Source of the DNA: Lentisphaerota bacterium | GTDB lineage: Bacteria > Verrucomicrobiota > Lentisphaeria > Oligosphaerales > Oligosphaeraceae | Direction: 5' to 3' | NCBI GenBank assembly: GCA_012800565.1 | Contig: JAAZIZ010000364.1 | Location: 1-36,449 of the forward strand | DNA length: 36,449 bases | Part shown: positions 8,921 through 17,330 of the stretch, in pieces | How positions within the stretch are numbered: position 1 is the stretch's first letter | Layout of the letters: every line of letters starts with the position of its first letter | Notes under the pieces: model-generated | Database searches by the model: none | What the model was told of the DNA's origin: nothing | The model's input: the letters and a program-made list of their open reading frames with translations, nothing else | Program-made: the position numbers and the translations under genes

Positions 8921-9745
8921 ATGGCTATCATCAGTATTGCCCGCGAATCAGGCGCTTATGGCGATGAAATCGGTGAAATGCTGGCCCAGCGTTTGCCCGG
9001 AACTTTGCTGAACAAGGAGCTGTTGGAAAAGCGGTTCAATGAATTTGACGTCAATCCGAAAACTCTGCAGCGCTACGACGAACGTCGCCCCGGTTTCTGG
9101 GCCTCCTTTTCGTCCGAGCAGGATGTCTATCTGCACGTCCTCAAAACAGTGTTGTACCAGGAAATGAACAAGGGGGCGTGCATCATCCTGGGACGGGGTG
9201 GGAGTATTTTGCTTAAGGACATAGCCAACTGCCTGCGGGTCCGTTTGGTCGCACCCTTTGAAGTACGGGTGCAGCGTCTGATGGAGCAGCTCTCGTGCAG
9301 CAAAAAAGAAGCGGAGAAAGCCCTGGAGACAAGTGACAAGGACCGCGCTGGCTTCTACAAGTTCCATTTCGATTCCGAATGGGCGGCACCAACTGAGTAC
9401 CAGCTGGTGCTCAATACCGACTGCGTCAGCCCGGAGCAATGTGTGGAACTGCTGCTCTCCTGCAGCCGGCAACTGATCGGTCCGGAACAGGAGGCTGCGG
9501 GACAACAGCAATTGCAGGACCGTATCCTGGCCCAGAATATCATCGAATCTCTCATCTTTCAGAAAAGCATCCAGGTGCAGTTTCTGGAAGTGCAATGTAC
9601 CAACGGCACAGCAGTCCTCTTCGGGGTAGCCAGCTCGCCTAACATCAGTCGGACAGCTGAGGAAGCCGCACAGGCGGTCCCTGGAGTGAAAACAGTGGAG
9701 AACCGCATCCAGGTAGTGCAGGAGCAGCCACTGCGGCGCTTATAA
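8921..9745 (+). CDS. Cytidylate-kinase-like (Cytidylate_kin2) family protein fused to a C-terminal BON domain
   Basis: The ATG at 8921 has AAGGAGG 5 nt upstream. The N-terminus (MAIISIARESGAYGDEIGEMLAQRL) and the ILGRGG segment match the cytidylate-kinase-like family pattern. The last 70 or so residues (VQCTNGTAVLFGVASSPNISRTAEEAAQAVPGVKTVENRIQV) fit the BON domain pattern. Confidence 0.7.
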   Translation: MAIISIARESGAYGDEIGEMLAQRLPGTLLNKELLEKRFNEFDVNPKTLQRYDERRPGFWASFSSEQDVYLHVLKTVLYQEMNKGACIILGRGGSILLKDIANCLRVRLVAPFEVRVQRLMEQLSCSKKEAEKALETSDKDRAGFYKFHFDSEWAAPTEYQLVLNTDCVSPEQCVELLLSCSRQLIGPEQEAAGQQQLQDRILAQNIIESLIFQKSIQVQFLEVQCTNGTAVLFGVASSPNISRTAEEAAQAVPGVKTVENRIQVVQEQPLRRL

Positions 9746-9801
9746 GTGGACCTGCGGACGCGAGCTTTTTTCAGCCATTAAACTCCAGCAAGGCATTTCA
9801 G

Positions 9802-10608
9802 ATGGATTACTTACGTTTATCGGACCGGAACATCGTCATTATGGGTGTCGCCAACCGGCGCAGTGTAGCCTGGGCGACAGCGGAGGTTTTACGTGAATCC
9901 GGTGCACATCTGATTTATCTTTTCAAAGACCAGGAGCTGCTGGAAAAGAACCGCAAGCTGATTGGCGAATCGGCTCCGGCTCTGGTCTGTGATGTCGAGA
10001 GCCAGCCTGATATGGAAACCTTGCCGACCCGGCTGGCGGAATTGGTGCCGGTGGTGCATGGGCTGATCCATTCCATCGCCTTTGCCAATTTCAGCGATGG
10101 GCTGAAGCCTTTTCATGGTACCTTGAAAAAGGATTTTCTCCAGGCGGTGGATATTTCCTGTTTTTCGTTGATTCAGACTGCCAATCAACTCAAAGACTTG
10201 TTCAGTGCCGACGCTTCAATTGTCACCATGAGCATCTCGACCACCCGCATGGCCTCAGAAAATTACGGCTATATGGGCCCGATCAAGGCGGCTCTGGACG
10301 CCAGTGTGGTATTTCTGGCCAAATCCTTAAGCCAGGAAGTCTCTCCGCAGATTCGCGTCAATGCCGTGGGTGCCGGTCTGCTCAAGACCTCGGCCTCGGC
10401 CGGAATCCCCGGCTATATCAATGCGTATCTGTATGCGGAGAAAGTAATACCACGGCATCAGGCTTTATCGACCAGTGAGCCGGCTGAGGTGATTGCTTTC
10501 CTGCTCAGTCCGCGTTCAAGCGGCATCAATGCTCAGACTATTGTCGTTGATGCCGGCATGAGCATCAATTACTTCGACCAGGATATCATTCGCAAAGCAA
10601 CCAGTTAG
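9802..10608 (+). CDS. fabI: Enoyl-[acyl-carrier-protein] reductase (NADH), FabI type
   Basis: A 268-aa SDR-like ORF. It has the FabI dinucleotide motif (MGVANRRSVAWATA) and the Tyr-x6-Lys catalytic pair within NYGYMGPIKAALD. Confidence 0.82.
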   Translation: MDYLRLSDRNIVIMGVANRRSVAWATAEVLRESGAHLIYLFKDQELLEKNRKLIGESAPALVCDVESQPDMETLPTRLAELVPVVHGLIHSIAFANFSDGLKPFHGTLKKDFLQAVDISCFSLIQTANQLKDLFSADASIVTMSISTTRMASENYGYMGPIKAALDASVVFLAKSLSQEVSPQIRVNAVGAGLLKTSASAGIPGYINAYLYAEKVIPRHQALSTSEPAEVIAFLLSPRSSGINAQTIVVDAGMSINYFDQDIIRKATS

Positions 10609-10627
10609 CAAGCAAGAGAACAGCAGT

Positions 10628-11833
10628 ATGAAAGAGACTTTTAAGGATTTAGTGCATTACGACCGGGAATACGTGTTACCGACTTATTCCCGGGAGATTC
10701 TGCTTGAGCGTGGACAAGGCAGCCGTTTATGGGACATCTACGGCAATGAATATCTTGATTTCACCACCGGGATCAGCGTCTGCAATCTGGGACACTGCCA
10801 TCCTGGAGTGACTGCGGCCATCCGTGAGCAGGCCGGCAAGCTGGTACATGTCTCAAATCTGTTTTACAATGAGCATCAGCCCCGTCTGGCTAAAGTTATT
10901 GCTGAGCGCAGCGGGCTGAACGGTAAGGTCTTCTTCGGCAACAGTGGTGCCGAGGCTAATGAAGGCCTGATCAAATTTGCCCGGCGCTGGGGCCATCAGA
11001 ACGGCGGCAAATATTCTATAATCTGCTGCAATCACTGTTTTCATGGCCGGACTCTGGCCACACTGGCGGCGACCGCGAAGCTGAAATACCGCGAAGGCTA
11101 TGCTCCTGACATGGCTGGCTTCACATTTGTCGAATTCAACAACTTGTCTGCCGTCGAAGCGGCCATCACTGCCGAAACTGCAGCGGTGCTGGTTGAGGTC
11201 GTGCAGGGTGAAGGCGGAGTCAATCCCGCCACCGCCGATTTTCTCCTGGGATTACGCCAGCTCTGTGACGAGCGCAAACTGCTGCTTCTTCTGGATGAAG
11301 TGCAGTGCGGGATGGGCCGGACCGGCAAATACTTCTCTTTCCAGCATTACGATTTCCTCCCGGATGGTTTCAGCATGGCCAAGGCTCTGGGAAACGGCTT
11401 CCCGATGGGCGCGTTCTGTATCCAGGCGCAATACGGCAGTTTATTCAGTTCCGGTTCGCACGGCAGCACTTTTGGCGGTACTCCTTTGGCTTGTGCCGCT
11501 GCCCTGGCAGTCTTTGCGGCTCTGGAAGAAGAACAGATACTGGAGAATGTCCAGGTCCAAAGCAAGTATTTTTTCCAGCGCCTGCGGGCCTTGCAACAGC
11601 GTTTCCCGCTGATCAAGGATGTGCGCGGCCTGGGGCTGCTGGTTGGTGTGGAAGTCGGCACCGAGGCAATCGCAGGCTTGCAGAAAGCCTGCCTGCAACG
11701 CCGTCTGCTGACCTTGTCGGCAGGCGAAGGTGTGCTCCGGCTGCTGCCGCCCTTGAATGTCACCCAGGCGGAAATCGATCGGGCTTGTGCAATTTTGCAA
11801 AGCGCTCTTGAAGACTGCAGTAAAGCAAGTTAG
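10628..11833 (+). CDS. argD: Class III PLP-dependent aminotransferase, acetylornithine aminotransferase-like
   Basis: A 401-aa ORF with motifs GHCHP, FFGNSGAEANEGLIK, LLLLDEVQCGMGRTGK and a PLP lysine context of FSMAKALGNGFP. Specificity (acetylornithine versus a related amine) cannot be settled by eye. Confidence 0.78.
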   Translation: MKETFKDLVHYDREYVLPTYSREILLERGQGSRLWDIYGNEYLDFTTGISVCNLGHCHPGVTAAIREQAGKLVHVSNLFYNEHQPRLAKVIAERSGLNGKVFFGNSGAEANEGLIKFARRWGHQNGGKYSIICCNHCFHGRTLATLAATAKLKYREGYAPDMAGFTFVEFNNLSAVEAAITAETAAVLVEVVQGEGGVNPATADFLLGLRQLCDERKLLLLLDEVQCGMGRTGKYFSFQHYDFLPDGFSMAKALGNGFPMGAFCIQAQYGSLFSSGSHGSTFGGTPLACAAALAVFAALEEEQILENVQVQSKYFFQRLRALQQRFPLIKDVRGLGLLVGVEVGTEAIAGLQKACLQRRLLTLSAGEGVLRLLPPLNVTQAEIDRACAILQSALEDCSKAS

Positions 11834-11858
11834 TCTCGAACTCTACAGGAGGTATATT

Positions 11859-12884
11859 ATGCGCATCGGTTTATGTGGTTACGGCAGCATGGGTCGCCAT
11901 CACAGTCAGCTGTTCCGCAAGCACATTCCTGTGGTCGAACTGGCCGGCATTGCTGATGCGTCTGCAGAGCGCCGCGAACTGGCTGCCCAGGACCACCCCG
12001 GGGTGCAGCTCTGGGACAGTGGGCAGGAGATGCTCGCCAATGCCAATCTGGATGTGGTCTTTGTCTGCGTGCCTACCTACCTGCATGCAGAGTTATCGGT
12101 ACAGGCACTGCAAGCCGGATGCCATGTCTTTTGCGAAAAGCCGATGGCTCTGCAGCCGGAAGAGTGTCAGACGATGATCACCGCGGCGAACGAGAGCCAG
12201 CGCAGCCTGATGATTGGCCAGGTGCTGCGCTTCTGGCCGGAATACATTTACTTGAAAGAGCTTTGTGACAGCCGGCGCTACGGGCCCTTGCAATCATTGT
12301 CCATGACCCGGGTCGGCGGTGTTTCCACCGGCTGGCAAGGCTGGTATCTGGACGAACGCCGGGGAGGAATGCAGATTTTTGACCGCCATATCCACGACAG
12401 CGATGCAGTTCTGTGGATACTGGGCCAGCCGCGGGCAGTGCAGAGCTATGGTTTCAGTCTGGACCCGCATACGGCGGGAGGAATAAACCACTCTTTCACC
12501 CACTATGATTTTGGCCCGGAACTGCTGGTCAGTGCCGAAGGCAGCGCGGATATGCCCGCAGGCTTCCCGTTCACAGCAGCGTATCGGGCGACCTTTGCCC
12601 GGGCCTGCCTGGAATTCAACAGCCGGCAGCAGCCTACCCTGACGCTCTATGCAGACGGTCAGGCCAGCCATCCCGAGTTGCCTAATTTTCTGGAGGATGT
12701 CAGCAGCGGCCTGAATATCTCTTCGGCCGGGCCCTATTTCAATGAACAAGCATACTTTTTTGCTTGTGTACGTGCCGGGCGAAAGCCTGCGACCGTGACG
12801 CCGGAATCGGCGATGCAGACCATCAAGCTGGTACGGGCAGAAATCGCCAGCTGCCGCAGCGCAAAGCCGGTCACCATTCAGTGA
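11859..12884 (+). CDS. Gfo/Idh/MocA family oxidoreductase
   Basis: The ATG at 11859 follows AGGAGG. The N-terminus is MRIGLCGYGSMGRHH, and the family-typical EKP motif appears as VFCEKPMA. Confidence 0.8.
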   Translation: MRIGLCGYGSMGRHHSQLFRKHIPVVELAGIADASAERRELAAQDHPGVQLWDSGQEMLANANLDVVFVCVPTYLHAELSVQALQAGCHVFCEKPMALQPEECQTMITAANESQRSLMIGQVLRFWPEYIYLKELCDSRRYGPLQSLSMTRVGGVSTGWQGWYLDERRGGMQIFDRHIHDSDAVLWILGQPRAVQSYGFSLDPHTAGGINHSFTHYDFGPELLVSAEGSADMPAGFPFTAAYRATFARACLEFNSRQQPTLTLYADGQASHPELPNFLEDVSSGLNISSAGPYFNEQAYFFACVRAGRKPATVTPESAMQTIKLVRAEIASCRSAKPVTIQ

Positions 12885-12921
12885 GGCAGTTTTCCTACTC
12901 AACCAGCAAATGGAGGGCGCG

Positions 12922-13227
12922 ATGAAAAATTTCCTGTTTGTTGCAGCTGTCCTGGCTTTTATGTTCGGCTGCGAGCCGGCCGAACCCTCGGCTAAACCGG
13001 CAGCCCCTGCAGCCTCCGCTGCTGACACGACAGCAACGCCTCCTGCCAAGACTACGCCGCCGAAATCTGCACCTGCATCGGGCAAATCACTGGGCCAGGA
13101 AGTCAGCGACGCGGTTGACTATGGCACCGGTGCGGCGCAACTCCGGGCCAAGCAGAGGGCCACGAAAAAAATTGAAAACATCAACCAGCAGAAGAATGCC
13201 GAGCTGGAGAAAGCCTTACAAGAATGA
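12922..13227 (+). CDS. Small Ala/Pro-rich lipoprotein, unknown function
   Basis: The ATG at 12922 follows GGAGGG. The signal peptide is MKNFLFVAAVLAFMFG followed by Cys (lipobox-like FMFGC). A low-complexity A/P/T linker leads to a charged helical tail. The stop overlaps the rlmI start as ATGA. Confidence 0.6.
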   Translation: MKNFLFVAAVLAFMFGCEPAEPSAKPAAPAASAADTTATPPAKTTPPKSAPASGKSLGQEVSDAVDYGTGAAQLRAKQRATKKIENINQQKNAELEKALQE

Positions 13228-14447
13228 GTGTTTTGGGTTCGTGTCGCGGGCAACTCATTCTGCAGCCAGGACGGGAGAAATCTCTGTTACGGCGCCACCC
13301 CTGGATTTTTTCCGGGGCGGTCAAAGCGGTAGTCGGCTCTCCCCTGAGTGGGGAAAGCGTTGATCTGTTGAGCAGTGACGGCAGCTGGCTGGCCAAAGCG
13401 GCGTACTCGCCCTCTTCGCAAATCCGGGCCAGGGTCTGGAGTTTTCAGGCGCAGGAGGAAATCGGCCCGGAGTTCTTCCGGCGGCGGCTGGCGCTCTGCC
13501 TTTCCTGTCGCGAAGCCATGGGGATATCTGCTCAGAGCAACGCATACCGTCTGGTGCATGGCGAGGCTGACGGTCTGCCCGCTTGTGTGGTTGACCGTTA
13601 TGGCGACTTCCTGAGTTGCCAGTTCCTGAGTGCCGGAGCGGAATACTGGAAAGCGAGTATCGTGGCGGCCTTGCAGGATTTGCTGCCTGGTCTGCGCGGT
13701 ATCTACGAGCGCTCGGACAATGACTCGCGCAGCCGCGAAGGACTGCCTCTCAGTACCGGCTGCCTCTGGGGCGAAGAGCCGCCCGACGAACTGCTTATCC
13801 ATGAGAATGGCCTGCAGTTCCTGGTCGATCTCCGCCATGGTCACAAGACTGGCTTTTACCTCGATCAGCGCGACAGCCGCCTGGCCTTAGGCACAGCTGC
13901 CTGCGCCCAGGCAGAGGTACTTGATTGCTGCTGTTACAGCGGCGGTTTCGGACTGCGGGCCTTAAGGGCCGGTGCCAAACGGGTGACTTTCCTTGATGCA
14001 GCGGAAAAATCGCTGAACTGGGCGGGGCGCAATGCCGCCCTGAATGGTTTTGCGAGCGAGCGCCAGGAATTCATCCGCGGAGACCTCTTTCAGCTGTTGC
14101 GGACTTTCCGGGATTCCCGCCGCAGCTTTGACATCATCATCCTGGACCCGCCCAAATTCGCCGACACTCAGGCCCGGCTGGAAAAAGCGGCCCGGGGATA
14201 CAAGGACATCAATCTTTTGGCTTGCAAGCTGCTGCGTCCTGGCGGTCAGTTGTTTACTTTCTCCTGTTCCGCGGCGATGACCCCGGAGCTCTTCCGCAAG
14301 GTCATCGGAGATGCTGCCCGCGATGCCGGCCAGGAAGCATTGGTGCTACAGACGTTCACGCAAGCACCAGACCATCCCCAGAACCTGAATTTTCCGGAGG
14401 GGCATTACCTCACCGGCCTGCAGCTGCTGCTGCGCCCGCCTGGCTGA
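13224..14447 (+). CDS. rlmI: Class I SAM-dependent 23S rRNA (cytosine-C5) methyltransferase, RlmI-like (PUA plus methyltransferase)
   Basis: A 407-aa ORF with an N-terminal LRRHPWIFSGAV motif, KTGFYLDQR, and LDCCCYSGGFG and IILDPPKF SAM-methyltransferase motifs. Confidence 0.8.
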   Translation: MSVLGSCRGQLILQPGREKSLLRRHPWIFSGAVKAVVGSPLSGESVDLLSSDGSWLAKAAYSPSSQIRARVWSFQAQEEIGPEFFRRRLALCLSCREAMGISAQSNAYRLVHGEADGLPACVVDRYGDFLSCQFLSAGAEYWKASIVAALQDLLPGLRGIYERSDNDSRSREGLPLSTGCLWGEEPPDELLIHENGLQFLVDLRHGHKTGFYLDQRDSRLALGTAACAQAEVLDCCCYSGGFGLRALRAGAKRVTFLDAAEKSLNWAGRNAALNGFASERQEFIRGDLFQLLRTFRDSRRSFDIIILDPPKFADTQARLEKAARGYKDINLLACKLLRPGGQLFTFSCSAAMTPELFRKVIGDAARDAGQEALVLQTFTQAPDHPQNLNFPEGHYLTGLQLLLRPPG

Positions 14448-14498
14448 GTTCACTCCCATTTTTTTCAGTGCAACTCCACTCATTCCGAAAGGCTAGAC

Positions 14499-15455
14499 AT
14501 GTCTGAATTAAAAGATATTGTTTATCCCTGCCAGTTTGACGGCACCCGGCAGTCGGCCTACTGTCTGCCGGCTACAGGTACAGCCCCCCGTCCGCTGCTG
14601 GTGGCTCTGCACACCTGGAGCTGCACCTACACCGCATTCAATCAGAATTACGAGAAATTCTGCCGCCTTTTCAACTGGCATCTGATTCATCCTGATTTCC
14701 GGGGAGAGAATTGGCGCCCCCAGGGTTGCGGTTCAGAAGCTGCGGTCTCCGATATCGTGGATGCTGTCACCTATATGCAGCAGCATTACGCGGTTGACGC
14801 CAAGCGGATTTATCTGGCTGGGGGCTCAGGTGGCGGTCATGCTACCCTGCTGCTCGCCGGACGTCATCCGGAGCTCTGGGCGGCGGCCTCAGCCTGGTGC
14901 CCGATTTCCGATGTCCTGGCCTGGCATCGGCAATGTCTGGGAACCCGCTTTTTCCGCTATGCCGAGCATATCGTGCAGGCCTGTGGAGGTGACCCGCAGG
15001 AATCTGCCGCCGCCCGGCAGCAGGCCATCGCACGTTCACCGCTGACCTACTTAGCCAACGCCAACACATTGCCCTTGGACATCAGCGCCGGCATCCACGA
15101 TGGTCACAGCGGCAGCGTACCGGTCAGCCAATCCATTGCGGCCTATAACTGCCTGGCCGCACCGGAGGACCGCATTGCCGAGGCTGACTGCCAGTACATA
15201 ACGGAGCAGGAGATGATACCTGCGCATCTGCAGGCTGCCGGACTGTCCCCCGATCCGTCCTATGGCCAGAGCGAGGTGCTGTTCCGGCGTCAGTCCCGCA
15301 ATGTGCGCCTGACCATTTTTGCCGGCGGTCATGAATTGCTGCATTGGCCGTTGTTTTCCTGGTTGTCGCGACAGGAACGCGGCCGGGCTGCCGACTGGCG
15401 TTGCGGCGAGGCGTATCAGTCGGGTGATGTGCAATCTGGAGGACTAAGCAACTGA
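14499..15455 (+). CDS. Alpha/beta hydrolase (esterase / prolyl-oligopeptidase-like)
   Basis: A 318-aa ORF whose nucleophile elbow G-x-S-x-G appears as AGGSGGGH. There is no signal peptide. Confidence 0.65.
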   Translation: MSELKDIVYPCQFDGTRQSAYCLPATGTAPRPLLVALHTWSCTYTAFNQNYEKFCRLFNWHLIHPDFRGENWRPQGCGSEAAVSDIVDAVTYMQQHYAVDAKRIYLAGGSGGGHATLLLAGRHPELWAAASAWCPISDVLAWHRQCLGTRFFRYAEHIVQACGGDPQESAAARQQAIARSPLTYLANANTLPLDISAGIHDGHSGSVPVSQSIAAYNCLAAPEDRIAEADCQYITEQEMIPAHLQAAGLSPDPSYGQSEVLFRRQSRNVRLTIFAGGHELLHWPLFSWLSRQERGRAADWRCGEAYQSGDVQSGGLSN

Positions 15456-15561
15456 ACGGCATTTCCTGGAACAGGCGGGGATTCTTTCCCTTTCTGCCAA
15501 CAAGTGGTCGAGGTCATCCGTTACTCTGATGAAACCCCCATCGGAAAAGGAGAAATGAGTT

Positions 15562-16020
15562 ATGACTATCCCTCCCAGTCTGAGCAAGAACATTCTGTTT
15601 TGCACCGATTTCTCTGCCAATGCGGCCTTGGCTTTCGATTACGCACTGGATGCAGCAGTACGCCGGGAAGGAGCAATGCTGTATCTCCTGCATGTGATTC
15701 CGGAACCGGAATCGCAGTTCTGGCGTACCTACATTTACGATGCCGACTTCAATGCCGATGAAAAGGCCAAACGCGATCTTGATGACAAGGTTGCTGCCGA
15801 GTACATCAGCCGCATTCCGGAGGGTATGCAGTTCAAGGTCGATTTCCGCATCGGCAAGGACTATCAGAAAATCCTGGAATTCGCGGATGAGATATCCGCA
15901 AACCTGATTGTCATCGGCAAACAGGGCTGCAGCCCGTTGCATAAATTCATCTTCGGCGGTGTGGCCGAGCGAGTCGTGGCCCGGGCAAAATGTCCGGTAC
16001 TGGTCGTACCCCTGCGATAA
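15562..16020 (+). CDS. Universal stress protein (UspA family)
   Basis: A 152-aa ORF with AAGGAG 8 nt upstream. Motifs are ILFCTDFS, LYLLHV and the C-terminal ATP-binding-type segment GKQGCSPLHKFIFGGVAERVVARAKCPVLVV. Confidence 0.82.
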   Translation: MTIPPSLSKNILFCTDFSANAALAFDYALDAAVRREGAMLYLLHVIPEPESQFWRTYIYDADFNADEKAKRDLDDKVAAEYISRIPEGMQFKVDFRIGKDYQKILEFADEISANLIVIGKQGCSPLHKFIFGGVAERVVARAKCPVLVVPLR

Positions 16021-16088
16021 CCCTCCTGCGACGAGCGATTCCGGTCGGTGCCCAGAGCTTTAATTCACATCCTCGAAAGGACCACAGC

Positions 16089-16337
16089 ATGACAGAAGAA
16101 AATTTACCATTACAGCTTAAGGAACTGATTGTAGAGCGACTATTTCTCGATATTGACCCGAACAGCATTGAGGACCAGGTCGAGTTGTCGGAATATGGCA
16201 TTGACTCATTTCTGCTGCTGGAGCTGGTTGTCGCCATGGAAGAGGCGTTTGCGGTACACTTCGAACCATCTGACATCACCGCATCGGCCCTCAAGAGTGT
16301 CAAATCCTTGACCGAATTGGTGTTGAGCAAAAAATAG
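16089..16337 (+). CDS. Stand-alone acyl/peptidyl carrier protein (phosphopantetheine-binding)
   Basis: An 82-aa product starting at ATG 16089. The helix-II signature is EYGIDSFLLLELVVAMEEAF, with the attachment Ser40 at codon 16206-16208. The longer frame from 15990 overlaps the USP gene and is rejected. Confidence 0.7.
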   Translation: MTEENLPLQLKELIVERLFLDIDPNSIEDQVELSEYGIDSFLLLELVVAMEEAFAVHFEPSDITASALKSVKSLTELVLSKK

Positions 16338-16348
16338 GGGCCGTATTT

Positions 16349-17329
16349 ATGAGCAGTGAAAACAACATCCCTGAGGCCGGGAAAGCGATTCAGCTCTGGG
16401 ATCAGGGTCAGATTGCCTGCCCGATTTGCAGCAAAACTCTACAGCTGGCGAATATTGTTCCGTTGCAGATGATGCCCTGTCCGCACTGCGAGAAGATGTT
16501 TTTTATCCCCAAGAAAGTCGGGCCGTATTTTTTATATGAGCCTTGCGGCAGCGGCGGCATGGGCAGTGTTTACAAAGCGGTAAGTGAAGATTATCCCGAT
16601 CAGACCCTTGCTTTGAAAGTCCTCTCCCGGCAAGCCCGGCAAAGTGCTGCCAACATCCATGCTCTGCTCAATGAGGCCCGGGTCAGCGCCTTATTTGCGG
16701 ACAGCGACTTCATTATATCCTGCATCGACAGCGGTTTTGCCGATGACGAATACTACGCCGCCATGCCATTCGTTGAAGGCGAGCGCCTGGACAAGCGCCT
16801 GGACCGGCTGGGGCAGCTGGCGGAGAAAAATGTGCTGCTGATGACATTGCATATTTTGGCTGCGGAGCAGCATATTTACCGTATGGGATATCTCTACCGC
16901 GACCTGAAGCCCGAGAATATCATCCTGAATAAGTATGGCTATGCAGTACTGTTGGATTTTGGCTTGTGTATCACGCGTGATGAAGCCGCTCATAATGAGG
17001 ACGAATTTATTTCCGGGTCGCCATATTATATTCCTCCCGAGCGTCTGCTGGGTCATGGTGAGAATGCCAGCAGTGAGATTTACAGCCTGGGGATGGTAAT
17101 GTATCATGCTTTGACTGGCAGGACTTTCTTTGATGCCAATGAGGTAGAGGCTCTGGCCAGGCGGCATGTCTCGGGCCTGCGTATCAACAGCGCCACCAAA
17201 ATGAAGGACTTGCGCAGCAGCATCGGCATCCTCCTGGATGCGATGGTGCGTCAGGAGCCGAAAGAGCGGCCGCAGGATTTCCTTTACGTTGCTGATTCGG
17301 TGAAAGCCATTCTGCAGGAAATTGGCTGA
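16349..17329 (+). CDS. Hanks-type Ser/Thr protein kinase with N-terminal CxxC...CxxC zinc ribbon
   Basis: A 326-aa ORF with a zinc ribbon (CPICSK...CPHCEK). Kinase motifs are the G-loop GSGGMGSVY, the lysine in LALKVL, the catalytic loop YRDLKPENI, DFG, and SPYYIPPE. There is no transmembrane or sensor domain. Confidence 0.85.
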   Translation: MSSENNIPEAGKAIQLWDQGQIACPICSKTLQLANIVPLQMMPCPHCEKMFFIPKKVGPYFLYEPCGSGGMGSVYKAVSEDYPDQTLALKVLSRQARQSAANIHALLNEARVSALFADSDFIISCIDSGFADDEYYAAMPFVEGERLDKRLDRLGQLAEKNVLLMTLHILAAEQHIYRMGYLYRDLKPENIILNKYGYAVLLDFGLCITRDEAAHNEDEFISGSPYYIPPERLLGHGENASSEIYSLGMVMYHALTGRTFFDANEVEALARRHVSGLRINSATKMKDLRSSIGILLDAMVRQEPKERPQDFLYVADSVKAILQEIG

Positions 17330-17330
17330 G

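Noticed and set aside
12294-13085. 263-aa minus-strand ORF (also 16691-17347, 31533-32315, 32640-33332, 33407-34087 and 34933-35718 on the minus strand)
   Set aside because: These are antisense to well-supported plus-strand genes and have no recognisable domains.
16349-17329. The kinase catalytic loop reads YRD instead of HRD, which at first looked like a pseudokinase signature
   Set aside because: YRDLKPEN is the normal catalytic loop of AGC-type kinases such as PKA. The Lys, Asp, DFG and G-loop are all intact, so there is no evidence of inactivity.
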